A DNA stretch of 52,057 nt from contig JBGPXY010000001.1 in the NCBI GenBank assembly GCA_041492985.1, forward strand, positions 1 through 52,057, given 5' to 3'. The translations under genes and the position numbers were made by a program. Each line of letters opens with the position of its first letter. Positions within the stretch are counted from its first letter, which is position 1. Below, piece by piece: positions 51,945-52,057 of this stretch. The notes below the pieces were generated by a model, which ran no database searches, was not told where the DNA came from, and was given only the letters and a program-made list of their open reading frames with translations. Origin of the DNA: Candidatus Eiseniibacteriota bacterium. GTDB lineage: Bacteria > Eisenbacteria > RBG-16-71-46.

Positions 51945-52057
51945 TCAGCGTCCGGCGGCCTGGCGCCGCGCATCTTCCTGCAGGGTCGCGCTCGCGTAGA
52001 TCGCAAGCTCGATGCGGCGGTTCTGCTGGCGGCCGGCTTCCGTCGTGTTCGACGCGA
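51945..52057 (-). CDS. OmpA/MotB-family peptidoglycan-binding protein, C-terminal end only (continues beyond the window)
   Basis: The minus-strand translation is ...SNTTEAGRQQNRRIELAIYASATLQEDARRQAAGR*. NRR(V/I)EL is the OmpA_C signature. Confidence 0.7.
   Translation of the reverse strand, partial: ASNTTEAGRQQNRRIELAIYASATLQEDARRQAAGR

Overview
This is a 52-kb, very GC-rich (about 68-70% by eye) bacterial chromosomal segment with most genes on the minus strand. The gene content suggests a Gemmatimonadota/Eisenbacteria-like FCB-group lineage, but this is inference only. It rests on FlgD-Ig/T9SS-type C-terminal sorting domains, many Ser/Thr kinases fused to TolB-like propellers, and multiheme cytochromes. 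I did not find a classical defence island, prophage, CRISPR array or integrase.

Gene content in order:
- A methyltransferase and an FAD/BBE oxidase.
- A tRNA-Cys(GCA) locus surrounded by recombination scars: an internally deleted IS3 element, a 27-nt direct repeat of the tRNA 3' end bounding a small HigB/HigA islet, and other tRNA-Cys fragments.
- A beta-helix, Gly-rich lipoprotein.
- A tight 8-gene respiratory operon encoding a heme-porin fusion, a cupredoxin, a GltD-like NAD(P)-flavoprotein, Rieske, split cytochrome b, an octaheme c and a monoheme c. A PAS-LuxR regulator lies just upstream.
- A kinase-AAA-TPR (STAND-like) giant flanked by two paralogous beta-lactamase-fold hydrolases.
- Secreted beta-propeller and BNR proteins, and two kinase-TolB paralogs.
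- A TetR-controlled TolC/MFP/RND efflux operon.
- An mgtA-linked envelope glycosylation operon, a KAS III gene and an OmpA fragment.

The two items I consider most worth follow-up:
1. A dispersed, single-orientation, roughly 190-nt structured intergenic module. It has two hairpins that change compensatorily between copies and tandem decamers, and it ends in a piece of tRNA-Cys that shortens with distance from the real tRNA.
2. The respiratory operon, whose composition suggests an outer-membrane-to-quinone/NAD(P) electron conduit.

All functional calls come from reading translated motifs. No database search was run.
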